DNA of 64,000 nt from Perna viridis. Lineage: Eukaryota. Of this stretch, positions 11,532 to 25,539 are shown one piece after another. The notes below the pieces were generated by a model. The model was not told where the DNA came from, did not search any database, and saw only the letters and a program-made list of their open reading frames with translations. A program made the position numbers and the translations under genes. Within the stretch, counting starts at the first letter, position 1; the number at the start of each line of letters is the position of its first letter. Location of the stretch: the NCBI GenBank assembly GCA_037379345.1, contig CM074524.1:28206750-28270749 (forward strand), read 5' to 3'.

Positions 11532-13255
11532 TACATGTACTTACAATGCAATAGCAGCTAATGGTTTTTTTAAAAGAAGACGCATGATTATTAAGACAAG
11601 GACAAGTAAAAACTTCATCTGATATTTCACTTCCATGACATATATACTGTGAAAGTACTTATATTCATGAAGTATCAATTTTCTTGTATTTCATTGTCGC
11701 TTTAAACTACAGAATTAAAATCCCAACAAAATACGAATTTCTGCTTATTTGTATTGTGGGAAATGTCAAAACACAAATTAAAAATCCACAAACCAATGAT
11801 TTGTCTACAATCCACAAAAACTGACTTCCTCCAATAAAAGTACTTTTACAGTTATATTTTTTTATATACCAAGACCTGTAGCTTTGTCAGTCAGTGGAGC
11901 AAAACAAAATATTGACTTGAACTGTAACCCATCAAGCTACCATAAAATACAAAAGATAAGATTTATATCGTTATATGTTTGGAATAAATACAAAAAAAAA
12001 AAAGCTTAATATCAATGAAAAATATTCAAAGTTTGTGGTAGTGGACAATTTTTTTTATCTTGAAACCAAGAATAGTACATCTTCTGTTATGCCTTTCCCA
12101 TTGGTGTTAACAAAAATTAAAGGAAGGAAATTCATATGATCTATATGAAACTAGCCTTGAATATTAAAAAAAAGCAACCAAGCTTTTGTTTATAAGTAGA
12201 ACAGCAACTTCATGGAAATATAAATTCATCCCCTTCTTGTTATGCAGAACAGAGGATGTCTCACTTAGCCTTGTATCAAGGAAGTTCAATACTTGATCAA
12301 GAATTGCCATTTCCTGAATTTAAAGTCAGATGGTTTTTAACAAAACTTTCCTTAATAAGAAGTTTTGATTGATTTTTTATATCCCTGCTCAATGAATCGA
12401 GTATAAACTGTCTGTCTATCTGTAAAATTTAGACTTCCATATAATAAACTATTTTCTATTTATGAGTAAATCAATATTGACTTCATTCATTTGCTAATCA
12501 CTTGTAAAAAAATCTAAAACGGGGTTTTCCACAAACAAATAAGGAATTTATATAAGTGGGTTTTAATATTTTTGGTTTGTCAATTTTTTTAATTTCTTTT
12601 TATCTGCAAGATGATTTTATCACAGCATTAAGGTTTTCAATAAAAAATTTTAATTTTTGTCTAAAGTTAATTTGCAGTTGGACTAAACTTTAAAAACAAT
12701 GCACATCAGTACATGAGAAAACAACAGTTTTTTGTAGTATCCACCTAAATTGGTCAAGATTAATAAGACATTCTAAGTCATTATATATCTTTTACACCTT
12801 TTTAAATAAAATCTCCAGAAAAAAAAAATACTATAAATTCCTATTGAAATGGGCAAAAGGAAAACCATTTAAAACAAAAAGTCTGAACTTTAGCTAAAAA
12901 AGCAAAGCTCTACGAAATAATTATTACTTATTTAAATATGAGATAAATGATCACTGTTATTATTTAAAGTGAATTATTTCAGGGGGAGAGTGGCACAAAA
13001 TACAAACAATAGATGGCATAATATTAACGTTTTCAAGGATAAGAAAAAAAAATTTGGAATTGTATGCAATTTGAATCTTGTTTTATAAACTTCATTTCCT
13101 AAATTTCTCCATGAACACAAAAATAATTAATTTAACAATATCAAATGACAGAAAATAAGATGGATTAGTGCTGGAGGTTTCAAAATTTCTTGTTTAAGGA
13201 TTCTTGGTTTTCCTGTAAGTAAAACATCTAAACTTCATTTAAAATTGGTTCTTAC

Positions 13256-13375
13256 CTGGACCTAACATTGAGAAATTACTGACAGCCAAAGTGGCTGCTT
13301 TCTGTACATGTAGATCACGTGATCTGAGTAGTTCCACTAGGGGACGTGCAATAGGAATTGTGAGTGGGGAAGACA
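13256..13375 (-). CDS. VAC8: Vac8-like ARM-repeat exon (MSSPLTIPIARPLVELLRSRDLHVQKAATLAVSNFSMLGP)
   Basis: 120 nt, phase 1-1, tttcag acceptor and GTAAGA donor, ARM consensus. Confidence 0.93.
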
Positions 13376-13842
13376 CTGAAAGAAATGAAAAAAAAAATGT
13401 TATTTTATACATATAAAATTAGAATATTCCTTGACTATAATATTTTGCTTAATTGCGCCAAAATGAATTATCCAGTTCATTTTTTTCACGAAGATACTCT
13501 GAAAGTTTGATGAAAGTGCATTGATAATGATTTTTGGTCTGAAATACATTTCATGGAATTTCAACAAACCTAGCATACTGTTTGTGTATTCTTCTAATAT
13601 TGCAGATTTCTTAATAACTTGCATGTAAGTCTTGAAAAGTATGGATAAACAGTGTAATTGTAATATGTGAACTCCAATAACTCTACAACTCAAGTGTATC
13701 ATTCTTTTACCATGTTCTGGTCATTTATATCAGTATATAATCCTTTTATCTAACTTGGGTAAAATAATAACACGTGTCCTATTTGTAGTAAAACACAAAC
13801 ATGAGTCTCCATGAAATAGTTCTAAGTTAATCAATGCCTTAC

Positions 13843-13965
13843 TTCTCTCACTGACTTCTGTAAAACAGAGGGCAGCGGATCTCTGTAACTCTTCATTGTC
13901 AGAGTAGGTCAGTATACACATAGCTCTAATGTGTTCCTCTGTCAGTACAGGGTCACCACTGGCTT
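13843..13965 (-). CDS. VAC8: Vac8-like exon (EASGDPVLTEEHIRAMCILTYSDNEELQRSAALCFTEVSER)
   Basis: 123 nt, phase 1-1, AG/GT boundaries. YSDNEELQRSAALCF matches Vac8 YSDNLNLQRSAALAF. Confidence 0.95.
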
Positions 13966-14836
13966 CTGAAAAAAAGAATAAATCAATGTTAACATACAAT
14001 TAACATTCACAATTCCTGTTTTCTAACTCAGGTCATGTTCTTGGATTTAGATGTATTTAATAAATTATCCCAATGGTGATGATTCTGTATTGTTTTGACT
14101 AATATTAAATGTTTGTACTAGAAAATATAAAGTAGAGGCCCACACCTTCTTTTTATCAAGTAACAGTTATCATAGACATCAACAAGAGGTGATTCATGTA
14201 TGTACAAAACCCACAAAATTTACTTTGATTTCTGATTCAGAAACACTGTTACACACCACATAACCAGACTTTGTTTGTCTTATGGTTGTTGTAGTTTTTA
14301 GATAAAAATTATATCAGTTGTATATTAGAAATAGGCTTAAGAGTTAACCCTCTAGATTTGATTGATTTACAGCGTAAGTGAAAGGTGAATATATGGTTTT
14401 CTCTAAAATACAGTTCTGTACTACAGTTAATGCAAAATTATGGTGAATGTAGAAGACAAGATCACCTTTAGTTCGATGAAGTTTTTTGCACCTTGTGTCC
14501 TCTTATCATTGACAATGCCTGTATTTATATGTATTGGTACTAACAAACATCCAGGAAACATGTGTGATATGTGCAATTGCTTATCATGTATAACTCACAT
14601 CAAATATTTTCAAAATATGTTACATAATCTCACAGCTACTTATATAAAAGTATACAAGAATATTGGTACTCAATAAAGTTCAGGTCTACTACATACATGT
14701 ACCTGATGGAATATATTTTTATGGTTGATGCAGACAATGATTTCAAGATTACTAACAATTGTTTGATTTTTTAATTTCTTATAAGCAGTTACATCACATC
14801 AAACATAAATCTGATTTCCTGAACAGGGTCTCAAAT

Positions 14837-15903
14837 TAAAGGTGGTCGCAACTACACTTTTGTATATGACCCCCATTTCTAACCTAGGACCCTTAAAATT
14901 TCAATTAATTGTGTCCTAAATCTTCAACCGTTAAATTAACACTATATTGTGGACCATTGATTTTAATGAAAAAGACCATTTAAGTACCACTCTGTGTAAG
15001 AATCAGGCAATGGGTGGCATGTTATTTTCCCCAATTTAGTCATTTTTGCCTAAAATATATTCAGTACATCTAGAAAACAACCACAAAGCTATTTAAGTGT
15101 ATCCTGAAGCATCTGTGAAAATATTGTGGACCACTGATTTTCCTGAAAAGGACCATTTAAGTACCATTCTGTGTAAGAATCAGGCAATGGGTGGCATATT
15201 ATTTTCCCCAATTTAGTCATTTTTGCCTAAAATATATTCAGTATATCTAGAAAATAACCAAAAAGCTATTTAAGTGTATCCTGAAGCATCTGTGAAATAG
15301 ATATTTTTTACTGCTTACATAGGGAAAGAGTGCGGGACAATTTTCCCACCATTTTTCCATAGTGCATTTCAACTAAATTTGACTAACAATATCTTAAAAG
15401 GCAAATTTTACAAACAGTTTGATGATTATTTCTGGTATAATTAATTGGTTAAAGCAATAAAATCTCTGCATTTGTTTCCTTCATGTGTCAAGCCTTATAT
15501 ACATTTTGCCTGATTCTTATACGGAGATAGTACTTAAGTTGGAATCTTGGAAAAGTCCAGGACCTTTATTTTTGAAAGTTAATTTTAGCCAATGTTGAAA
15601 AAAAATTGTCAGTGCCTCAGTCTTGGATGACACAGTTTGGACAAGAGAGATATCTTATGACAACTTGAACAACTACATTTTAGATTTTGCTGAAAATTGT
15701 TCTTACATGTATTTCATAGTACTAAACAACTGTGCAAAGTTTCAAAACAATTTATTCATCCAATTGTGTGGCTTGGTATAAAATCTTTACAGTAAGGGTT
15801 TTGTAATGGTCTGTCAGGTGATGGCAAACAAATGGACTTATAATTTTGGCCATGATAGATTTTGGGCTAACAGCTTTTTGTGAAAATCACAGATGTACTT
15901 TAA
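14837..15903. mobile_element. Non-autonomous DNA element (ttaaag...ctttaa ends; Crypton/Kolobok-like) with an internal 177-bp tandem duplication
   Basis: Begins ttaaaggtggtc and ends gatgtactttaa. 14944-15120 is repeated at 15121-15297. An inverted copy of taagtac...aagaatcaggcaa lies at about 15506-15537. Confidence 0.55.
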
Positions 15904-16095
15904 GATAATCTAACTTATAATCAGTAAAATACTTAACTTCAGGAAAAAGGAATTTAAAACCTGTCAATTTTCTTAGTTTACCTAAGGAAGTTTATTATAT
16001 GTATGTGACTCCTTTTAACCAACGGAAGATCAACTCTATTTCCTGAACATCATCATTGTATCATTATGTGCTGTAATAAGAATGCTTAGATTTAC

Positions 16096-16330
16096 CCATT
16101 TCCATGTAATGTAGTAAGTTCTGAACAGCTTTTTTCTCACTATCCAGTAATATCATCTCATAGCCATTCCCATTCATAGATTTGGTATCTGTCGGTCCAT
16201 GATAACACCCACACGATAGACAACATAGACAGTACTCCAACAGCTTCTTCAGCATATCAAGAATCTCTTGTAAAACACAAGGTTTTGATTTCTCAATCTT
16301 AATATCAAACTGGTCCATAGCTCGTGAGGC
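16096..16330 (-). CDS. VAC8: Vac8-like armadillo protein exon (ASRA-MDQF...CLCCLSCGC...LLDSEKKAVQNLLHYMEM)
   Basis: Acceptor tttttcag at 16331-16332, in-frame ATG at 16318, donor GTAAAT at 16095. The Cys cluster and DSEKKAVQNLLHYME match the fungal Vac8 N-terminus (CCSC...DNEREAVTLLLGYLE). Confidence 0.9.
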
Positions 16331-16519
16331 CTGAAAAAAAAAGATTAGGAGGTAAATTTCAACCTTTGCACTATGATGTAAAAACTGCATGGTCACTAAT
16401 ATTGCTGCAAAGTCATGCAAAAGAATAATTAAAAGTTTTAACCCCTGCATTTTGCTTTCAAATTGGACCAAAATGTATTGGAAGCCTAAAAAAGGTTTGA
16501 CCTTGCATTTTGAAGTCAA

Positions 16520-16621
16520 ACTGCATGGTCCATGTCCTAGTAAGTAGAAAGTTACTGCATGGTCCATGTCCTAGTAAGTGAAAAGTTACTGCATGGTCCA
16601 TATCCTAGTAAGTAAAAAGTT
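16520..16621. repeat. 34-bp tandem repeat x3
   Basis: actgcatggtccatgtcctagtaagtagaaagtt at 16520, 16554 and 16588. Confidence 0.92.
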
Positions 16622-19417
16622 GTTATCTTGTTATCATGATCTGTTTATGGTGTTATTTGCAGTTATGGGTACCTGTCTAAAAATTTAAAATTTATCTTTA
16701 TGCAACAATAATAACTTTGATGTCATAATCTGTACATGTATTTAAAGGCTTGGACAGAAAAATTAGTTCTTTGGTACTACTAAAACTTTATTTTATTTCA
16801 TAGTTACTGAATGTCAAAAATTATTTAATGAGTACGAATAATTTGCTGTAAATTCGGAAATTATTGTGATGTTTTAAATTCTACAAAAACTCTAATTACA
16901 GAATTTTTAACATTAAAAGATCCAAGGAGGGTTAATTCTGAGGGTTGCAAGCTCACAATTTGTTGGAAAATTGTGTAAATTGAGAAAAAGAAGAGCCAGG
17001 AAATCATCTTCAATCCCAAATTTCTATACATTTCTGGATCTGGCCCTCTTTAACATTACCAATGCAAAAGAATATAAACAAAAGTTGTCAAACAGGAAAT
17101 AGATAAACCCAATATTATGATATAACATGCCTATAATAAAACTTCAACTAAAATATCAAGTGGCTGTGATATGCAGTTACTCAAAAACACAAACACAAGT
17201 TTGGATAGAACCATGCATGGATGAACACCATGAAAAGTAGATCCTATTCATCCAAGTATTTTATAGTTAAGTACATGTGTTTATACAATGTATGAAATAA
17301 TTACACCATATATTACCAGTAAAAGATTTAAAGAACTTACAACTGGAAATTAATTGGTAGTTCCTATTACAATAGTATATTCATTCATAATACACACATA
17401 TGCAGCTGTATACACTGTGCTCATATGACAGAACAAACTCTTCATTTAGCAAATAGAACAAAAAGTTTTTAAATGACCGAATTATTCAAAGGTTGACATT
17501 CATACATGTACATCAAAACAAGTATATTGTAATGTATATACTAAGTAATATTGCTATAAATATACAAAAATCTAGGTTATATACTGTGCAGTCATTAATT
17601 TTCATATGCAGACATCATGATATCATTTTTTATATGGAGTGAACAATTCATGATACATTCACACATGATAAGCACTTTTTCAGTGATTTATATTACTAGT
17701 ATGTATAAATTCCATGCCAAATAGTTTTTCAATGGACACGAATGAAGTAAATTTATTAGAAGGGGCAATGCTAATACTGGATTTAACAATTTCTACCAAA
17801 TATGGTATGAGCTGTGTTTAATTTGAGTAGCCACAAAAAAACACAAACAAAAAAAAAGTAATACCCATATACATTCAATGTTCTACATTTATTATTGTGT
17901 ATGATAATTAAGGAAAAGTGTGCTGGACAAAATGACACCCCACAAAACACAACAAAACATTTTGACATGAATTTTTCACATACAGTCAAACCCAAAAAAT
18001 TATCTTGTGACACTAGGCTAGACCTATAATTCTATTCAGCCCCCTGAAATACTGGATTCATCCTTGGAAGAAAGGGAAGGTAGAAATTATTGATAATAGA
18101 CTTCTATAGAATCTGTTAATTTTCTAACTACCAGTACCTGTAATTAGGGTATGAATTAATTGAAAAACACTTTCAACAAGTTCTGTGGATGGCATGGGTT
18201 CATAGACTACGCACTGTATAATTTACACCTGTCAAACTATAGCAGGCAATTATAAAAAAATATAATAAGGAGATTTTCCAGACAAATACTTAGATACATG
18301 TAGCAATAACTCTTCATTATTTGACTACAAAAAAAAAAAAAAAAAAAAAAAAAACATTTCAAATAAGATCACATATTTTTGATGTCAGAAATCAGCAAAT
18401 GATCATCTGGCATTTGAATAGTCTTTTTGTCAATGATTTTTTTCTTCATTCCTGGAGTTTGTATTTACAGGTGACATTATACAGTAAAACCTGTCTAAAG
18501 TGAACATGTTTGGTTGTTTGGTGAATATTCCACAAGTTTAAAAGAACAATTTATGTACATACTAGAATTCCTTTTTAAATTTAATTTTGTAATAGATTTT
18601 TTTTACATGTGTTAAAAAAATCAATTGACAAATATCTATATACTTTAGTAACATGTATACATGTATGTACTTGCTATCAAAAAATAGTACAGGTATATAA
18701 ATTTACTTACATGTAAACATATATCAAGTAATATTCCAATATAATAATTTTGAAGTTCTGTATAGAAAACTTATAAATTATCATCCAAAAAATTCACTAC
18801 ATGTATGTGCCCTCTAACACTTTTTAATTGTACATAAATACTACTTTTTCACACATTAATGCCCTAAAGAATGTTGAAGCCACATAAAAAGATCCTTCCA
18901 CAATGATTAGACAAGAATAAAACCATTTAAAACAACAAAGAAAAATTGACATCTCCTGACAATCACCTTTACTATCAATTGATTATTATCATTTATGTAA
19001 GATTAAAACAGCTGGCCAGAGGTCAAGGGTCAAAAGTAGATTAGCACAGTAAGACAGATCAATCTCACCTGGGAAATATTGCTTATTTTTTTATTGGATT
19101 TGTCATGTTTACAAGTCAACAAAATCATAACTTCATATTTAACAAGTATATTGACATTGTATATAATGAGTATGAATACATGTATGTTGAATTTGTCAAA
19201 GAGTCACAGTCACAGTCGCCAGGATGAAAAATGTCAGCTCAAGGCCACCCATGGGTCTTCAATGAATGACAAAGGAACCCTCTGTATAATATATTTACCT
19301 TAAATTATGAAACCAAATAATCTTTTGAGAATAGATATATAAAGAGGGCCAATTTTTGACAGTAACAATCTCTATAACTATACATGTATGAGAATAATAA
19401 CATGTACAATTAAGATT

Positions 19418-19484
19418 CTCGCCTGAATATAGCTGAAATATCGCTGCTTGGGCGTTAAACCCCAACAAACAAACAAACAAACAA
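19418..19484 (+). mobile_element. Extremely 5'-truncated copy (67 bp) of the same retroposon
   Basis: ctgaatatagctgaaatatcgctgc...gcgttaaaccccaa(caaa)n flanked by the 12-bp TSD ACAATTAAGATT (19406-19417 and 19485-19496). Confidence 0.88.
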
Positions 19485-19857
19485 ACAATTAAGATTTTCT
19501 CCAGGTTCTTAGGAGGAATTGTACCAAAAGTCCTTACTGTTCTTTAGCATGTATAAACAAAATATGCAAGAATCACAAATTTTAGGGGGGGGGGGTGGCA
19601 TTGGGTGTTTTCAGGAGGATTCCCTTTAAAAAGGCTCCAGAAAAAACACAGAGAATATGTACATAAATTATGCATATAGCCCATAATTTTTCTAATCAAG
19701 GAGTTCTAAAATTCAGACAATGCCAATTGTAAAGTGATTCATGGTGTAGTAAAACCCACCAAACAAACAATGCTTTTTCAGTCTACACATGCTACATTTT
19801 CACATGACTATTTCTGTATTCAGGTTTGCACTTTTGAGAAAATCATATATCTTCCAC

Positions 19858-20075
19858 TTAAGGAGGTAGACCTAGGGTAAGGGACATAACTCTTGAAATC
19901 AGTAATGTTTGTATCATATTCAATTTCACAAAAGCCTCTCAAGCTTTTGTTTGAAGCAGAATAAAATCAATCCAATTTAATTAGATGCTTCCATAAAGTG
20001 GATGTAAAATGCTGCATACAAATGTTCCAATGATTTTTAAGAGTTGTCTCCCTTACCTTAGGTCTACCTCCTTAA
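19858..20075 (+). mobile_element. TTAA-flanked MITE (GGAGGTAGACCTAGGGTAAGGG TIR; Kolobok-like), copy 1, nested in another repeat
   Basis: 210-bp element with TIRs of about 30 bp and TTAA on both sides. Confidence 0.9.
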
Positions 20076-22620
20076 ATCAACCAAATCAATCATAATCAAG
20101 AATGATAACTCTTGCCAATTCCATGTACAATCTATATAATTTTTATCAAAAACAAAATCAGAAACAAAATTGAATTTGGTGGTTTTTTGACATGCATGAA
20201 TCACCTCCTGTCTGATTTTTATAAAGACAGCTACTTAAATCTCAAAGCAAACTTAAACTTTCTCCTCGCCTACACACCAGTCATAATGCTTTAGGAATTA
20301 TAAGTCTCTACTTCTACTTCAACGTGCAGTAATCACTAAAACTTAAACATACTTAAGGCTACAAAGTAGAAGGGGTAATAGTGAAACTATATTTTTACCA
20401 AAAGGGTTTATTAATTTGTCATGTTAATTACATGTACATGTGGAAATAACATTAATGATAAATGTACAGTTCAAATATAGAAAATATAACACATGACAAT
20501 TAAATCATGTACACATCTCATTTGCAAAAAAAAATAAAAAAGTATTTTACATTTATAAAAAAATGAAAATGCACTTTACTTGAATTACAATTTGTATGTA
20601 CAATGTATATGGGCATTCGGGCTATACGTAATTATTTTAAAATGGTCTTCTATAATTTCAATTCAATGAGTTACCTCCCCTTCAAAATTTTCTGTTTCTT
20701 GCTCCACCGCAGACTTAATGAAATCCATCTTTTCTAAGCTACACCAAAGACTACTGCCTGCTGACATACATGTACCTGAATTTATACCTACAGTTGTATT
20801 CCAAGCTGTGAACAAATAGGTCATTGATTATTCTATAGTTTTTTTTATTTTTTAAGGTTTAATAATTCTGACATCAATTTCATACATGTAAGTACATGTA
20901 TATATAAAATGAAAATTATTTTCCTTTATTCTTTATTTTGGGTTGTATTGTTCTGCTAGTTCTCTAAAAACTTGAGAATAACAGTCCACAGACACTATCT
21001 ATGCCATAGAGATGATTCATGGTGTATAAAAGCCCATTATAACAACCAAATAACAAACTAGGACTGGTTTTGTGGTCTGTAACTGTTCCTGAATTACTAG
21101 TAGAAATAAAAGTGCATTTGATGGGATTTTGAAATGCAAAAATCACCTCCTGTCTGATTTTCATAAAGACCATACTTAGTACTAATTGTCTTGCAATCTG
21201 ATATTTTCCTGTATCAATCAATTGCAACCAGATAAAATAGACATAAACATTTGGAATATATTTCTTTTACAGACAATATATATACATGTACATAGTCAAT
21301 ATGGTAAAATTCATATCAAAATATTTTAACAGCATTTACAAACAGTAATGCCTTACTAAGTTATTTATTTGTAATGTAAATATTTTTCTTAATTAACCAT
21401 TTCTTTAACAATCACCAGTCCACTTATACAATATCTTAAATGTATACTTCTTGTAAATGTATAAGAGGTCATTAACCATTTAAAATTATATGCAAAATAA
21501 ATTACCTTAGGATAGAGGAGAAGACACTATTTTAATGATAGCAAGATAACAATGATCTTCCAACATATCTGTACACTGACCTCAGTAATATTACACACTA
21601 AATTAGTTTTTATGGCTCAATGACATTTAAAAAAATATATTAGTAAAATGCAAGACAAAGAGACTGTGAAGAGGACATTTACTTTTAACATAGAACACAT
21701 ATGAAGCAAACCTTTATGTATACAGATGTATTCTACCCATAAATTTAAATCTGAACTCATGGATTGACTAGTACATTAACACTGATAATGGTCTATGGCA
21801 GATCTTTTTTTAATATATTTGTATTTCAGGATAAGATATTATTTTGCCAATAAAACAGATCCTGCTTTATAGTACTTAGACAAATTGAGCATTATGTTTG
21901 GTCTGCTAGCATGTACAATAGCACACAAGAATTAGACTTGTCACAACACTCCCATTATTGTATATGTCATGCATGTGAAATAGATCAACAAACAGTACAC
22001 ATGCATGCAACTAAAACGTGCAAGAACAACCCAATGGAAGAGGTTACTGACCTTGCTACTCAGTTTCTAATCTAGACATAGATTTTAGTAAGTTAATTAC
22101 ATGTTTGTTTGAAAAATAAGAATACAGACATTTTCCTCTATGAAATCTACATGTATTACACAAACTTCTTCCTCCCTGCCAATGACAAATGGGAGAAATG
22201 AGCACTAGGAGGAGTTTTCACTGATTTCTCCCTGATACATGTAGGCTAATACTTATCTACATTACTATTTCTGAACCAACAAGATTTCACTTTATATACA
22301 TGTACACCACTTGCTAAGCAGAAAAGCTACAAATTTTAATGTCTTAGGGAACAAACAAACACATGGCAGACCCCCCTACATGTAAATAATCCAAGTCTAT
22401 ATCTTTTTGTGATTGTAAAATAAGGGCATTAACACTTACAAAAATGACTGTACAAGTAAATATAGTTTGACCTTGGATTTAATTAAATAAAATCAATTAA
22501 CAGGTATACTCTTTACTTAAAGAATGAGCTTCATCATTGGCATTCTGGTTATATTTAAGTATAAACTGAAGACACTGACCTAGTGAATAAGCAGCTGGCT
22601 AAACTATTAGTTATGACAAA

Positions 22621-22807
22621 CGTGTTCTCCCCAGGCCATTATAGCGCTGTACTTTGCAGCGCTACGATTTATTAGCACTGTGCTATCAGTAATTAATTTT
22701 AGTTAGAATGCACTATGGGCACTGTGCTATAATTTTGGAGGAAGGCCGTAAGAGCTGTGCTATGCCAGTAAGCACTGTGCTATTTAAAACTTATGGGGAG
22801 AACACTG
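22621..22807. mobile_element. hAT-type MITE
   Basis: TIR gtgttctcccca / tggggagaacac(tg); internal gcactgtgcta repeats. Confidence 0.7.
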
Positions 22808-22857
22808 AACAAATAATAATACTGTCTAACTCCGGGTAATTATAGGACTGACACTAT

Positions 22858-23470
22858 TAGATTATTTAATATTTTTCAATGAAAGGGACTTTCTCATGCT
22901 TATCTCTTTGAGCGGCTTTGCCACAAGACGGATGAGTATGAGAAAGTCCCGCGAGTTGAAAAAATATTTAATAATCTGTTTATTGCTGTTTTGCTGAATT
23001 GTAAGATATTAGTTTTCTTTTATTTTCAGTTTTCTTGACCTACATATGTAAGTTTCATAAGCGTCACAAAATTTCCTTTCGTGACAATTTTTCAGCGACG
23101 TGCCACGTGACGTAACGAATGTTGTGCAGCTGTGATACACATTTTTTTTTAAAAATCGGTTAACTATGACAGTCGCATTTAAAATTTGTGGAATAATTTT
23201 GGGATTTATTCATTCTAATCGGGTAAGTTACTGTATTTAAGCATTTTCCATTGTAGACTAGAAAATATTGCCACTAATTAGCCATTATTTCATATGCAGT
23301 AAACAAACAGACATTTGTGGTACTTGGGTTATCAAATATTCCTACGCTGTTGCTTGTAAGTCATGCGAGGACATAGAAACTAGCAATAATTTTCATTCTC
23401 ACTCGACTGGCATGAGATTGAAAAGTATTGTATGCAAGATCAAAAGATTTTTTAACAAAATAGCAATAAA
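22858..23470. mobile_element. Foldback-type repeat with a ~120-nt terminal hairpin
   Basis: agattatttaatatttttcaa..gggactttctcatgct / agtatgagaaagtccc..ttgaaaaaatatttaataatct (22859-22977). tttattgct at about 22980 is inverted relative to agcaataaa at about 23462. Confidence 0.6.
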
Positions 23471-24883
23471 AATAGATATACTACACAAGTCCTTAATTGT
23501 AAAATTAGGATGATGCAATTAAAACTTGTACACTGTAAATAAGACTTAAAACCAAATTTACATTCAGAACATTACACATGTATATGTATAACTGTAACTT
23601 TAGGTCTAAATATTTTGTCTTATGAGCTTAAGTACAATAACCCACTTGTGCCAAGGAGAATGCATCTGCAATGTTAGAAACTGAATTTACATAGACAGCA
23701 CTGTACATTTTAAATCAACCTGAGCCAATTTCATCATAGACTTCTCAATATTCATGACATACATGCATGTACCAAGATACACTCTTGATGCATGTATAAA
23801 GCAGGTTTTTAGCTCTAGTCTGTCACTTTCATATGCAAAAAAAAAATAGAGTTTTACTCCAGAAACAGGTATTTTATTTCTAACAAGGACTTTATGTAAC
23901 TATTCTCGTATAGTCCCTGATTTTATAACATGTTCACCTTCGTCCTTTAATGGCTTTATGCCATAAATTATGGACTAATTTATCTTACAATATAATTTGA
24001 TTATTTTTTTTTTTTTATTATTTTTAACAAACTTGATTCTTTTTTCTAGTGATAAAAATTTCTAGCAAACTACATTTTGTACCTTGGACCATTAATTGTG
24101 TCCCCGTTTAATTATTTTGATATCTGAGTTGTATTTCCTTAATTAGATTTTGGGAATCCCCATTCTATTTGTTTACCGATTTTCCCGCCGCCAAAAGTCA
24201 AATGGCAAAAGTGTAAACAAATGTCATCCATTTTCTTTTATCAATTCTTTCATTTCGAAGTGTTCAGACACTTCCTAATGGGATAATCATTGTTAATTGG
24301 ATTTAATTTATTCTGTTATTAGGTAAGTCTGTTTCTGAATGTATCACAGGGCTGTGAGGCTCGTACAATGTATGTAGCCACGTGCACATGGCCATAATTG
24401 TGTTTACCTTTGACCAAATGATGAGAGTTTTGATTGGCTCAATAAAATATTTACATTTGATTGACACCTCTCCTGAGATATTGTCAGTCACGGCGCCTGG
24501 TCTAACTACCTTTAATTGCCTTCAGTCGTAAATTGGTCATGGTCAATTAACTCTGACCAGGTGTCAACACAATTGTGTAATTAGAGAAAATATCTGTTTC
24601 TGATAAACTTCCTGTCAATTTTAATATACAAAACCTAGGCACCAAGATAATCGCCAACTGATTATTTTTGTCGCCAGATAAAATAAAAAATCGCAAATTG
24701 CGACATTGGCGATGCCCAGCGCTACCCCTGGAGTATAATCCAATGTTTGCTTACAAAGTAAAATCATAGAATTCTTTCATTATACATCGAATGCTAAAAT
24801 GAGCAATTTTCTGCCAACCCACATATATTGTGTACATGTACAAGTTTTCATCCACATATTTATTTTTTAACTTACAGATATTA

Positions 24884-25400
24884 CAATAAGAGGTTCCCAG
24901 GAGCCTGAATTGCTCACCTGGTTAAATTTTGCCTCTCAAGGGCAATAAATTTACAAAATGTAACAAGGAGTTGTCCAACAATTTTGACTCAAGAAGATTT
25001 TGATTGTACTTATCATAGGAATCATTGAAAGCTTCTTTCTATCTATCAAATATGTAGTTTTTATAAGATATTGTGTAAACCCCCCCCCAAAAAAAAAAAA
25101 AAAAAAAACAAAAAAAAAACAACAAAAAAAAAAACAACTTTTTTTTCACCTTCCAAGGGCAATAACTCTTACAAGGAGTCATATGACAACTTTGATCCCT
25201 TTGAAACTTTTCTATGCCTTCAAATGTACCATTTACCATTTTTTATCCCCATGTCAGTTCTATGCAGGATAACCCAAGGAACAATCATACCAAGTTGGGT
25301 TCCAATTGGTCAAGTACAATCAGAAGTGAAGATTTGTGAAAGAAATAACATTAGAAATAGCAAATAAAAGTAAAAAAAGGGCAATCACTCTAACATTAAC
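24884..25400 (+). mobile_element. Helentron-associated (HINE-like) repeat fragment
   Basis: Starts aataagaggttcccaggagcc...gctcacctg and has recurrent aagggcaataa(ctct) units, a pattern recalled from bivalve non-autonomous Helentron-like repeats. Confidence 0.45.
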
Positions 25401-25539
25401 TGCCATAACAAAGAGTAAATTGGCTAAACAACAACCATTGCAGAAGCTACTGGCAACTAAACGAAGAACAAGTGCCAATGGAATATAAACAATACAAAAA
25501 GCTTGTGAAAGGCTCTTTTCAAATTTCCCCCATAATGAA

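Noticed and set aside
25000-25367. Lys-rich or Phe-rich ORFs (also at 18321, 29668 and 54245)
   Set aside because: They arise from poly-A, poly-C or poly-T homopolymer tracts.
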